Positions 1 to 9,323 of a stretch of DNA of 64,000 nucleotides are shown in pieces. Each line of letters starts with the position of its first letter. Positions within the stretch are counted from its first letter, which is position 1. The translations under genes were made by a program, and so were the position numbers. The notes under the pieces are model-generated. The model did no database searches. It was not told where the DNA came from and saw nothing but the letters and a program-made list of their open reading frames with translations. The DNA is from Clostridia bacterium (lineage in GTDB: Bacteria; Bacillota; Clostridia; UMGS1883): assembly GCA_045591265.1 (NCBI GenBank), contig JAZNSQ010000019.1, positions 102,531 through 166,530 on the forward strand, given 5' to 3'.

Positions 1-570
1 TTTTAGCATTTCATCGCAATTTAGATTTTTCCAGTCAAGTGAGTCAACAGACCACTGAATGTAAGTTTTCCCCATTCTTTCGGAGGTTTCTATAACCGTA
101 TTATTATAGTCGCCTGACGGTGCGCGAAAAAGCGTGGGGCGCACGCCGGTAATAGTTTCTATAGCCTCATCACACTTTTTTATGTCTGCCTCTATTTCTT
201 CCATAGAAAGAGCAGTGTAGGACGCGTGATTAAAGCTGTGGTTTCCGATTTCGTGTCCCGCGTCATAAAGCTTTTTTACGCTTTCTGGGTAATTTTCGGC
301 CCAAGTGCCAAGCACAAAAAAGGTTGCCTTGCAATTATGCTTATCTAAAACGGAAATTATTTCGTCAATGTCTCCATCTCCCCATGCGCAGTCAAAGGTT
401 ATTGCTATTGCATCTTTCCCGCCAACACTGTAAATGGGGATTTTCCTTTCCTCCGAAACGGTGGACGCACTCATTCCGCCCGTGCGAAGCGCAAAGGCGC
501 AAAAACACACGAGCACGCTTATAAGCACAAAGGTATAAAGATGATATTTGTCGGTAACAAAAATCCACAT
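1..570 (-). CDS. Polysaccharide deacetylase (CE4/NodB, PdaB-like sporulation family), 3' end truncated by window
   Basis: Manual minus-strand translation from ATG at 570: N-terminal hydrophobic stretch, IPIYSV..IAITFDCAWG, later IQWSVDSLDWK motif. Confidence 0.85.
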   Translation of the reverse strand, partial: MWIFVTDKYHLYTFVLISVLVCFCAFALRTGGMSASTVSEERKIPIYSVGGKDAIAITFDCAWGDGDIDEIISVLDKHNCKATFFVLGTWAENYPESVKKLYDAGHEIGNHSFNHASYTALSMEEIEADIKKCDEAIETITGVRPTLFRAPSGDYNNTVIETSERMGKTYIQWSVDSLDWKNLNCDEMLK

Positions 571-797
571 AAAAATCCCACTCCCTCTTATAAATCTATA
601 CTCAAAAACTTAAAAAATGAGGGGAAATTTTAAAACAGCAAAAAAAGAATAGAATTACCGCAAAAAAATATGAAAAATTTGCAAATTTTGCTTGCATTTA
701 ATGTGGTAATGGTTTACAATGAGTTTGAACTTGAAAATACGGGTTTTTTACTGCAAAAATCCGAGTTTAAGGTTATAAAATGTAAGGAGAAATACTT

Positions 798-3641
798 ATG
801 AAGCAGGATATGTTTATCGACATTGCCCAAAGCGGAATTGGCGGCAGGGTTGAGCTTCTTTATGAACCCGGTCCCGCGGTTTACAAAAAGAAAAAAAGTG
901 TTTTAAAAAACGAAGGCAAAAGCCCTATTGTAACTGATAAAAAAATCAGTACAAATGAAGAGCTTAAGGCTGAACTTAAAAAAATGAGAGAGCTTTACGC
1001 ACCTTACCTTGAAAATTACGCACCCAGGGTAGAGTGTCTTAATGAAAAAATCCAGATTCGTGACTTTTTGCTTGATGGAAAGGAAAAGGTTACAATCCCT
1101 CATTATGAAGGACCTGTAGGGCTAGCTAAAAAAGTCTATGAATCAGAATTTGTTATAGAAAAAATGCCCGCGGAAAATAAGGCAACCTTTATCTGCTTTA
1201 AAGGCGTTGACTATATTGCAGAGGTTTTTGTAAATGATGAATTTGCAGGAAGGCATGAGGGCTTTTTCTCTCCCTTTGAGTTTGAAATTTCAGACCTCAT
1301 TAAAGAAGGAAAAAACACCCTCCGTGTAAATGTTAAAAATGACTTCCGCTTTAATGGTGACACAAATGGTCCGACAGGTGAGTATTTAGAGGGTGATAAG
1401 CTCTACGCCGCAACAGGCCTTGGCTGGGATGACGCAAAGCTTGGCTGGCACCACTGTCCTGCAGGTATGGGTATATACAATGACGTCTATGTAGAAATAA
1501 GAAACAAAACACATATTTCTGATGTTTTTGTGCGCCCCAATATTAAAAACAAAACTGCTGAAGTTTGGATTGAAATCAATAATACAGAGCATAAGCCAAA
1601 GGATGTAGAATTCTTAATTTCAATCTATGGTCAGAACTTTAAGAAAACAGTTATTGAAAAGGAAAAATTTGTTTCTTCAACAACTCACACCGTAGGTATG
1701 GGTGACAGTCTTACTGAGGCGATGGTTAAAGACTCAATCGGTAAGCCGATGGCAACCCCAGCTTACAGAGGTAAAAATCTTTATAAGTTTACCATTGAAA
1801 TTGACGACTTAAAGATTTGGGAGCTAACCGCGCCTTACCTTTATCAGGTTCAGGCAGAGCTTATCTATAACGGAGAAATTACAGATAACCGCGCGCGTCA
1901 GTTTGGTATGCGTGAATTCAGGCAGGATTTAGATAACAAGCCTTACGGAATGTTTTACTTAAACGGCAAGAAAATCCGTCTTCGCGGTGCAAACACAATG
2001 GGATTTGAGCAGCAAGACGTTCTTCGCGGTGATTTTGACCAGCTTATTGACGATATCTTGCTTGCTAAAATATGTAATATGAACTATTTCCGTCTTACAC
2101 AGCGTCCTGTACAAGATGAGGTTTATGAGTACTGTGACAGACTTGGCTTTATGACGCAGACTGACCTTCCGATTTTCGGTTGTGTAAGAAGACCTATGGT
2201 TTGTGAGGCAGTTCGTCAGGCGGAGGAGATGGAGCGTTTAATCCGTAATCACGCTTGTAACGTTATAATTTCTTATATAAATGAGCCGTTCCCGAATGCT
2301 AAAAACGCGCCACACCGTCATCTTACAAGAGACGAGATGGAAGTTTTCTTTGAGATGTGTGACAGAGTGGTTAGACTTTCTAACCCTGACCGCGTGATTA
2401 AGCATGTTGACGGTGACTATGACCCGCCGACAGAGGGTATGCCCGATAACCACTGCTACCCCACATGGTATAATGGTCACGGCATTGATGTAGGTAAGCT
2501 ACACAGAGGTTACTGGATGAATGTTAAGCCTGACTGGTACTATGGTTGCGGTGAGTATGGCGCAGAGGGACTTGAAGCCGTTGAAACAATGAAAAAGTAT
2601 TATCCTCCCGAATGGGTGACAGAACCGTTTGACCCGCACCACATTATTGCGGAGCAGACAGGTGACCTTCACTATTTCTTCTTCGACACTCAGCACGATA
2701 TAAATTCGTGGGTTGAAAAGAGTCAGGAGTATCAGGCTTTCGGAACAACTATTATGACAGAAGCCTACAGAAGAAATTCACTTATGGTTTCAAATGCAAT
2801 TCACCTCTTTATCGATGCATGGCCGAGTGGCTGGATGAAAACCATTATGGATTGTGACCGTATTCCAAAAAAGGCATACTTTGCATACAAAAATGCGCTT
2901 GAGCCGATTTTAGTCAGCCTCAGGACAGACCGCTTTACATACACTTCAGGCGAAAAAGTAAGTATTGAAGCAATTATCTGTAACGATACAAACAGAACTG
3001 ACAATCTCACAATGAATTATGAGGTTTACAAGGGCGATAAGCTTCTTTACACGGGAAGCGCCCCCGCGAAACTTAAGGATTGCGATGTTTCGTACGTATC
3101 TGACATTATATTTACAGCTCCGAAGGTTAGTGACAGAGAAACATTTACAGTAAAGGGCATTCTTACGGATGCGCAAAACAAAGTTGTTTCTCACAACTTG
3201 CTTAATATTGAAGTTTTTGAGCCTGTAGAAATAGCTAAAAATGATGATGTTATATTCATAGGACCGCTTGACGCAGGTGAATACTTGGTTGCAGGTGAAA
3301 AGGTTAAGGTTAAGGAGTGCGGAATGCTTCCTCTTAACTTTGCATCAAGAAATACGGGCCATAAATTTGTTGAAGGCTTTAAAGAAAACGATATTTCATA
3401 CTGGTTTAATGAAAAAGAAGATATGATTACTCCTCTTCTTTATGCTACATTTACGTCCGATGGCTTTACGCCTGTTGTAACAAGCGGAAATCTTAATGAC
3501 GAGGGCCACTGGGATAAAGCGCTTGCAGTCGGTGTTAAGGAATACGAAGGTAAGCTTTATGTAATTTGCCAGCTTGATTTAAGACAGGAAAACCCCGCAG
3601 CAAAACGACTTCTTAAAAACATTTACGATTATAAAAAATAA
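798..3641 (+). CDS. Glycoside hydrolase family 2-like protein
   Basis: 947 aa; FKGVDY..V.VN..GRHEG.F.PFEF sugar-binding domain, W....PYLY, FG.R.F, LNGK.I.LRGAN, INE putative acid/base; RBS AAGGAG. Confidence 0.8.
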   Translation: MKQDMFIDIAQSGIGGRVELLYEPGPAVYKKKKSVLKNEGKSPIVTDKKISTNEELKAELKKMRELYAPYLENYAPRVECLNEKIQIRDFLLDGKEKVTIPHYEGPVGLAKKVYESEFVIEKMPAENKATFICFKGVDYIAEVFVNDEFAGRHEGFFSPFEFEISDLIKEGKNTLRVNVKNDFRFNGDTNGPTGEYLEGDKLYAATGLGWDDAKLGWHHCPAGMGIYNDVYVEIRNKTHISDVFVRPNIKNKTAEVWIEINNTEHKPKDVEFLISIYGQNFKKTVIEKEKFVSSTTHTVGMGDSLTEAMVKDSIGKPMATPAYRGKNLYKFTIEIDDLKIWELTAPYLYQVQAELIYNGEITDNRARQFGMREFRQDLDNKPYGMFYLNGKKIRLRGANTMGFEQQDVLRGDFDQLIDDILLAKICNMNYFRLTQRPVQDEVYEYCDRLGFMTQTDLPIFGCVRRPMVCEAVRQAEEMERLIRNHACNVIISYINEPFPNAKNAPHRHLTRDEMEVFFEMCDRVVRLSNPDRVIKHVDGDYDPPTEGMPDNHCYPTWYNGHGIDVGKLHRGYWMNVKPDWYYGCGEYGAEGLEAVETMKKYYPPEWVTEPFDPHHIIAEQTGDLHYFFFDTQHDINSWVEKSQEYQAFGTTIMTEAYRRNSLMVSNAIHLFIDAWPSGWMKTIMDCDRIPKKAYFAYKNALEPILVSLRTDRFTYTSGEKVSIEAIICNDTNRTDNLTMNYEVYKGDKLLYTGSAPAKLKDCDVSYVSDIIFTAPKVSDRETFTVKGILTDAQNKVVSHNLLNIEVFEPVEIAKNDDVIFIGPLDAGEYLVAGEKVKVKECGMLPLNFASRNTGHKFVEGFKENDISYWFNEKEDMITPLLYATFTSDGFTPVVTSGNLNDEGHWDKALAVGVKEYEGKLYVICQLDLRQENPAAKRLLKNIYDYKK

Positions 3642-3653
3642 GGAGGAAAAAAT

Positions 3654-4838
3654 ATGAGCACAGTAAAGGTATTATTTGCAGGTGACTTTTGCATCCGTCA
3701 CAGCGGTGTAGAGCATATGAATGACCAGGAAATCCCGGGCATTGCAGCGCCTGTCAAAGCAGTAACAGAAAAGTATGACATTTCTGTGGTTAATGTAGAA
3801 ACTGTTTTTACAGATAACCCAACCCCCACAAAAAAATCAGGTCCCAACATTTCTTCACCCGTAAAGGCACTAGACCTTCTTTTAAAGATGGGTTTTTCGG
3901 TTGGTGCATTTGCAAACAATCACTCAATGGACCAGGGTTATGAGCAGGGAAGAAATTCCTATGAAATGGTTAAAGAGGGAGGTATGGCTTGCATTGGATT
4001 TGGCAAAAACGTTGAAGAGGCATACGTACCTTACCGCACAACCGTAAATGGAAAGAAAATATCAATCTTCAACTTTGCAGAGCACGAATTTGTTGCAGCA
4101 ACAGAGTTTGAACCCGGTTTTGCACCGATTGACTTTATTGAGAATGCAAAGCTTATCCGTGAGGAAAAGAAAAATGCAGATGTAGTACTCGTTTATCTTC
4201 ATGCAGGTAATGAGCATTGTCCTTATCCGAGAGAGGGTGTGCTTAAGTACACTCACGCTCTCGTAGATGAAGGTGCAGATGCAATCATAATTTCGCATCC
4301 TCACTGCGTACAAGGTACAGAAGTTTATAAAGGAGCTCCGATTGCCTACAGTATGGGTAACTTCTTTATGGCTAAGAGAATTGTTTCTGAAAAAGAAACA
4401 TCAACCTGGAATATAGGTTATATGTCAAGTCTTGAAATTGACGAAAGCAATAAAGTATCACTTGAGATTATTCCTTATGAATTTGGAAGTGACTGCTCAT
4501 ACTTTAAGCTTCTCGAAGGAAGTGATAAGCAGGCATTCCTCGCTTACATAGACAGACTCTCAAAATTCATAGTTGAAACTCCCAAACAGGAATATGAGAA
4601 GTTTAAGCATGCATGGACAGTTAAATTTATAGAGGATGCTAAAAAAGATTATCTTGACCTCTTCTTAACTAAAGAGGAGTATAAAGAGGATATACTTTAC
4701 TTTATAAGAAACTGTTTCTCCTGCGAAACACATGCCGAAGTATTTTTAGATTACTATATACTTAAGACAGAAGGCAGACTTGGTGATTTTGATGAGTATA
4801 TAGAAATTCTTAAAGATATGCAAAAAAGACCATTCTAA
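3654..4838 (+). CDS. CapA/PGA_cap-family metallophosphoesterase
   Basis: AGD, NVE, ANNHSMD, LHAGNE, SHPHC, YSMGNF motifs typical of CapA family. Confidence 0.85.
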   Translation: MSTVKVLFAGDFCIRHSGVEHMNDQEIPGIAAPVKAVTEKYDISVVNVETVFTDNPTPTKKSGPNISSPVKALDLLLKMGFSVGAFANNHSMDQGYEQGRNSYEMVKEGGMACIGFGKNVEEAYVPYRTTVNGKKISIFNFAEHEFVAATEFEPGFAPIDFIENAKLIREEKKNADVVLVYLHAGNEHCPYPREGVLKYTHALVDEGADAIIISHPHCVQGTEVYKGAPIAYSMGNFFMAKRIVSEKETSTWNIGYMSSLEIDESNKVSLEIIPYEFGSDCSYFKLLEGSDKQAFLAYIDRLSKFIVETPKQEYEKFKHAWTVKFIEDAKKDYLDLFLTKEEYKEDILYFIRNCFSCETHAEVFLDYYILKTEGRLGDFDEYIEILKDMQKRPF

Positions 4839-4855
4839 AAGATAGGAGTAGAAAA

Positions 4856-5977
4856 ATGAGCGTACAGGAAGTAAACAAAAAGTATAATTCAAACGTGCCC
4901 GAGCATATTATGCCCGAGGAAATCGGTAACTCCTCTCTTTGGGAAAAAGAGGGAAGAGCCCGCCTTAAAGACATTCTTCAGAAAGAAGAATACGGTTATT
5001 TCCCCAAATATGACAACAAAAACACTACATTTGAAGTAGTGTTGGAAGAAAAAGTGCTTGGTATGGATGCTTGGCACAAAAAGATTGAAATCACAACAAA
5101 CTGCGATGGAAGAAGCCACACATTCCCCGCATATATGTTCACTCCCCTTGACAAAGAAAACGTACCGATGTTTCTTTACATAAACAGACTCGAGTGGATG
5201 CGCAGATGCGTATGCAAGGGAACGATAGATCAGCGTTACCCCTTAAGAGAAATCATAAGACGCGGCTATGGTTTAATCTTCTTTTGCACAGAGGATGTTT
5301 CATCAGAAATGCTTGACACACTTGTAGACTACCGTGAGGGTATCCACAATGCACTCGGCATTGATTCAGAAAACGAGTCAAACCTTGGTTCAATCGGTCT
5401 TTGGTCATTTGCAGCTATGCGCATTATGGACTATCTTGAAACAGATAAGCACGCCGACAGTAAGAGAGTTGCAGTAGTAGGTCACTCACGTCTTGGTAAA
5501 ACTGCGCTTCTCACAGGTGCATTTGATGAACGTTTTGCAATCACAATTTCAAACGATTCAGGTGCAGGCGGTGCAGCGCTCTTTAAAACAAAAGTGGGCG
5601 AACACACTGAATATATGGTAGAAACAATTCCTTATTGGTTCTGCAACAACTTTAAAAAGTACTACAAGAAAGAAGAAGATATGCCTTATGACCAGCATTT
5701 CTTGCTTTCTCTTGTTGCACCTCGTCCGCTTTATGTAGCAAGTGCAGTGCTTGATGAATGGTCTGACCCCAAGGCAGAGTTTGAATCAACACTTCTTGCA
5801 AGCGAAGTTTACGAAAAGGTTTATAATATGAAAGGTCTTGCATGCTCTGAGCAGCCCGCTCTTGACACACCCTGTCAGGAGGGTAACGTTGCTTACCACG
5901 TAAGAACAGGCCCCCACAATATCTTAAGATACGACTGGGATCAGTTTATGAACTTTGCAGATAAATACCTTAAATAA
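4856..5977 (+). CDS. CE15 glucuronoyl-esterase-like alpha/beta hydrolase
   Basis: GHSRLGKTAL nucleophile motif, SNDSGAGG, DQHFLLSLVAPRPLY, C-terminal GPH. Confidence 0.8.
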   Translation: MSVQEVNKKYNSNVPEHIMPEEIGNSSLWEKEGRARLKDILQKEEYGYFPKYDNKNTTFEVVLEEKVLGMDAWHKKIEITTNCDGRSHTFPAYMFTPLDKENVPMFLYINRLEWMRRCVCKGTIDQRYPLREIIRRGYGLIFFCTEDVSSEMLDTLVDYREGIHNALGIDSENESNLGSIGLWSFAAMRIMDYLETDKHADSKRVAVVGHSRLGKTALLTGAFDERFAITISNDSGAGGAALFKTKVGEHTEYMVETIPYWFCNNFKKYYKKEEDMPYDQHFLLSLVAPRPLYVASAVLDEWSDPKAEFESTLLASEVYEKVYNMKGLACSEQPALDTPCQEGNVAYHVRTGPHNILRYDWDQFMNFADKYLK

Positions 5978-5986
5978 TTAATTTGT

Positions 5987-6020
5987 AGAAAAATCTCATT
6001 TCATTATGAGATTTTTCTTT
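5987..6020. terminator. Bidirectional intrinsic terminator
   Basis: AGAAAAATCTCAT/ATGAGATTTTTCT inverted repeat between convergent genes. Confidence 0.7.
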
Positions 6021-6746
6021 TTATTCTGCATTTTGCATTCTGAATTCTGCATTCTTATAATATTTTACAATTCCTTCACATATCGCAGAAGCAAGCTTGT
6101 TTTGATATTCATAGGTGTTAAGCATTTGCTCTTCAGAAAAATTTGACAAAAATCCACACTCAACAATTACTGCGGGGATAGATGCGTTTTTCATAAGATA
6201 AAGAGAGTTTGGCGCGCAAGCAGCCTCTCTTTTCGATTTATTTTCAGGGATTTTACAAAGCTCCTTCTGAATGCTTTTTCCAAGGCTTTCGCTCTCCCCG
6301 AAATTCAAAGAGTAAAGCACCTGTGCCCCGCGATAGCGTGAATCGGTAAAGGTATTCATATGGATACTTACAAGCATATCGGCATTCGAAGAATTTATAA
6401 TTCTAAGGCGGTTTTTCATATCATTTACCTTTTTTTGAGAAATAGTTTTTCCCTCTTTAGTGGTGGCATCTTCACCTTTTCTTGTCATAATAACAGCGTA
6501 GCCATTTTTCTCAAGCTTCTTTTTAACAAGTCTTGTAACTTTAATATTAAGGGTGCTTTCGATACTTGCGTTCATTCCAATTGCGCCCCCGTCAGGAAAT
6601 CCATGCCCCGCGTCAAGAACAATTTTTCCGACAGGCTTTTTTGCAAAGACCGATGTTTTTCCTTTGTCAAAAAATATAAGAAGGCATATAAAACACATTA
6701 AAAAGCATATTATAGCGTAAAACTTCTTTTTTGAAATGACAATCAT
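6021..6746 (-). CDS. cwlD: N-acetylmuramoyl-L-alanine amidase (Amidase_3, CwlD-like)
   Basis: N-terminal TM, IVLDAGHG..DGGA, SIHMN, RGAQV, VECGFLSN. Confidence 0.75.
   Translation of the reverse strand: MIVISKKKFYAIICFLMCFICLLIFFDKGKTSVFAKKPVGKIVLDAGHGFPDGGAIGMNASIESTLNIKVTRLVKKKLEKNGYAVIMTRKGEDATTKEGKTISQKKVNDMKNRLRIINSSNADMLVSIHMNTFTDSRYRGAQVLYSLNFGESESLGKSIQKELCKIPENKSKREAACAPNSLYLMKNASIPAVIVECGFLSNFSEEQMLNTYEYQNKLASAICEGIVKYYKNAEFRMQNAE
6026..6053 (-). repeat. 4 x 7-bp tandem repeat AAT(G/T)CA(G/A) at 3' end of amidase
   Basis: + strand CTGCATT TTGCATT CTGAATT CTGCATT. Confidence 0.7.
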
Positions 6747-6868
6747 AATCGCACCCCCATTAATATATATAGCTCCTTAAAACTTATTATTCTTAAAAAT
6801 TAGTAATAATTGGCACAAAGCGTGAATATACTGTTTTATAGACAGTACATAAAAAGGAGTTGTAAACC

Positions 6869-7474
6869 TTGGAAAATAACATCATAACATTATCGGGAAT
6901 TGTAGAAACAGAGCCAATTTTCAGCCACAGCGTAGCAGAGGAAAACTTTTATTCGTTTACTCTTCGCGTGCCAAGGCTTTCGGAAACGGAGGACTTTTTG
7001 CCAATAACAATATCGGAAGAAATTTTTAATCCCGAGCTTATAAAAAAAGAAAACCCCTTAAAAGTGAGGGGTCAGCTTCGTAGCTATAATAAATACACCG
7101 AAACGAAAACAAGACTGATACTCACCGTCTTTGCCAAGGAAATATCTCTCCCGGATGAGCTTGACTCAAATCCCAACGAAATATTTGTAAACGGCTTTAT
7201 CTGCAAAGCGCCTGTTTATCGCAAAACCCCGTTCGGCAGAGAAATAACGGACTTAATTATCGCAGTAAACCGCGCATTTAACCGCTCTGACTATATCCCT
7301 GCAATCGCGTGGGGAAAAAACGCCGTCTTTTCAGAAAATCTTGAGGTTGGAAGTAACGTGCTTTTGTGGGGAAGACTGCAGTCGCGTAATTACAATAAAC
7401 GTCTTTCCGAAAACGAGGTTGAAACGCGCACGGCATACGAGCTTTCAATAACAAAAATAGAAAAAATAGCGTAG
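6869..7474 (+). CDS. ssb: Single-stranded DNA-binding protein, clostridial tandem-OB type
   Basis: Two OB-like halves (RLS..D.LP...GQLRSYN; RKTPFGREITD..AVNR..SDYIP..AWG..GRLQSR); TTG start with AGGAG. Confidence 0.8.
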   Translation: MENNIITLSGIVETEPIFSHSVAEENFYSFTLRVPRLSETEDFLPITISEEIFNPELIKKENPLKVRGQLRSYNKYTETKTRLILTVFAKEISLPDELDSNPNEIFVNGFICKAPVYRKTPFGREITDLIIAVNRAFNRSDYIPAIAWGKNAVFSENLEVGSNVLLWGRLQSRNYNKRLSENEVETRTAYELSITKIEKIA

Positions 7475-7475
7475 T

Positions 7476-7503
7476 TGACATAGCCTAAGGGAAGTGTTAA
7501 AAT
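7476..7503 (+). promoter_or_regulatory. sigmaA-type promoter upstream of SulP gene
   Basis: TTGACA-17 bp-TAAAAT. Confidence 0.55.
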
Positions 7504-7539
7504 AAAAGCATTCGTGATTTCACGAATGCTTATTTTTTT
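7501..7539 (+). terminator. Intrinsic terminator after ssb
   Basis: AAGCATTCGTGA/TCACGAATGCTT stem followed by T-tract. Confidence 0.65.
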
Positions 7540-7555
7540 AGTCGGGTGATAAATT

Positions 7556-9190
7556 ATGAAAATCTTTGAACCAAAACTTTTAGGAACACTTAAAAATTAC
7601 AACCGAAAGCTTTTTATAAGCGATTTAATCGCAGGAATTATAGTTGCAATTATTGCACTTCCGCTTTCGATTGCGCTGGCTATCGCATCGGGCGTAAGTC
7701 CTGAAAAGGGGCTTTACACTGCGATTGTTGCAGGCTTTGTAATTTCCTTTCTGGGCGGAAGCCGTGTAAACATTTCTGGCCCCACCGCAGCATTTGCAAC
7801 GATTGTTGCAGGCGTTGTGGCAGAGCATGGAATTAAAGGACTTGTAACTGCAACCGTAATTGCAGGATTAATCCTTATTATTATGGGACTTTGCAGAGTT
7901 GGTTCTCTTATAAAATACATACCCTACACGATTACAACAGGTTTTACTTCAGGCATTGCGCTTACAATTGTTATCGGTCAGCTTAAGGACTTTTTAGGTC
8001 TTACCTTTAAGCCCGGCACACACGCCGTTGAAACAATGGAAAAGGTAAAGGCAGTAATTGAATCAATTTCTACGATAAATATACAAAGTGTACTTGTCGG
8101 CATCGTTTCACTTTTAATTTTAATCGTATGGCCAAAAATCAGCAAAAAAATCCCCGGCTCACTTATTGTTGTAATTCTGGGAATTGTGGTTGTCAAGCTA
8201 TTTGGCATCGAGGTAAATACAATAGGTGATTTGTATACAATTACAAGGGCGCTTCCAATGCCCGCTATGCCGTCATTTGATTTAGGACTTATCCGCGCAG
8301 TGCTCCCAAGCGCATTTACCATCGCAATACTCGCAGGAATTGAATCACTTCTTTCTTGCGTTGTGTCTGACTCTATGATAGGGGATAAGCACAACTCAAA
8401 TACAGAGCTTATTGCTCAAGGTGCAGGCAACATTTTTTCAGGAATATTTGGCGGAATTCCCGCAACGGGCGCTATCGCAAGAACTGCCGCAAATGTAAAA
8501 AACGGCGGAAAAACTCCGCTTGCAGGCATTATCCACGCAGTAGTTTTACTTTTAATTCTCGTTGTTTTAATGCCTTATGCCGCATGGATTCCAATGCCCG
8601 TTATCGCATCCATCCTCTTTATCGTGGCATATAATATGAGTGAGTGGCGTCACTTCCTTGAAATCCTTAAAAAATCACCCAAAAGCGATATCGCAGTACT
8701 TATTTTAACCTTTATATTAACAGTTGTTTTCGACCTTGTTGTAGCGATTGAAATCGGTCTTCTTATTTCAGTTATCCTCTTTATGAAACGAATGAGCGAT
8801 GTAACAGAAGTGCGCTCCTGGAAAGAAGCGTCCGAAGATGACGAAAGAATGAAACAAATTCCCCAAAACACAAGTGTTTTTGAAATCAACGGACCTATGT
8901 TTTTTGCAACGACTGATAGGCTTCTTTCTCTTTTGGCAACCAAGGACACAAAGGTAGTAATTTTAAGAATGAGAAATATCCCGATGCTTGACTTTTCGGC
9001 AATCCGTTCGCTTAGAAGTATTTATGAAAGCTTTAACAAAAAGGGCATAACCCTTGTTTTATCGCACGTTAACCCACAGCCCTTAAAGGCACTTAAAAAA
9101 TCAGGCTTTTATGATGAAATCGGCGCAGAAAACTTTGCCCTAAACATTGATGATGCACTAAGTAAAGCAAGGGACATAGTGTCACAGTAG
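7556..9190 (+). CDS. SulP-family anion permease with STAS domain
   Basis: DLIAG..ALP..A.AIASG, ISGPT, ATGAIART, C-terminal STAS (GPMFF, DFSA). Confidence 0.9.
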   Translation: MKIFEPKLLGTLKNYNRKLFISDLIAGIIVAIIALPLSIALAIASGVSPEKGLYTAIVAGFVISFLGGSRVNISGPTAAFATIVAGVVAEHGIKGLVTATVIAGLILIIMGLCRVGSLIKYIPYTITTGFTSGIALTIVIGQLKDFLGLTFKPGTHAVETMEKVKAVIESISTINIQSVLVGIVSLLILIVWPKISKKIPGSLIVVILGIVVVKLFGIEVNTIGDLYTITRALPMPAMPSFDLGLIRAVLPSAFTIAILAGIESLLSCVVSDSMIGDKHNSNTELIAQGAGNIFSGIFGGIPATGAIARTAANVKNGGKTPLAGIIHAVVLLLILVVLMPYAAWIPMPVIASILFIVAYNMSEWRHFLEILKKSPKSDIAVLILTFILTVVFDLVVAIEIGLLISVILFMKRMSDVTEVRSWKEASEDDERMKQIPQNTSVFEINGPMFFATTDRLLSLLATKDTKVVILRMRNIPMLDFSAIRSLRSIYESFNKKGITLVLSHVNPQPLKALKKSGFYDEIGAENFALNIDDALSKARDIVSQ

Positions 9191-9209
9191 AGAAAATCTC
9201 TCCCACCCT

Positions 9210-9236
9210 AAAAGGCGTTTTACAAAACGCCTTTTT
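9210..9236 (+). terminator. Intrinsic terminator
   Basis: AAAAGGCGTTT/AAACGCCTTTTT. Confidence 0.7.
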
Positions 9237-9323
9237 ATTATTTTCTTAATTAACAAAAAACCTTGAAAAATTTTACGTAATATGGTAAAATAATACTATA
9301 TTTTGTAAAATAGGGTGATTTGT

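Noticed and set aside
704-718. cre/LacI-like operator in GH2 promoter (GGTAATGGTTTACA)
   Set aside because: Two mismatches including the central CG; insufficient support
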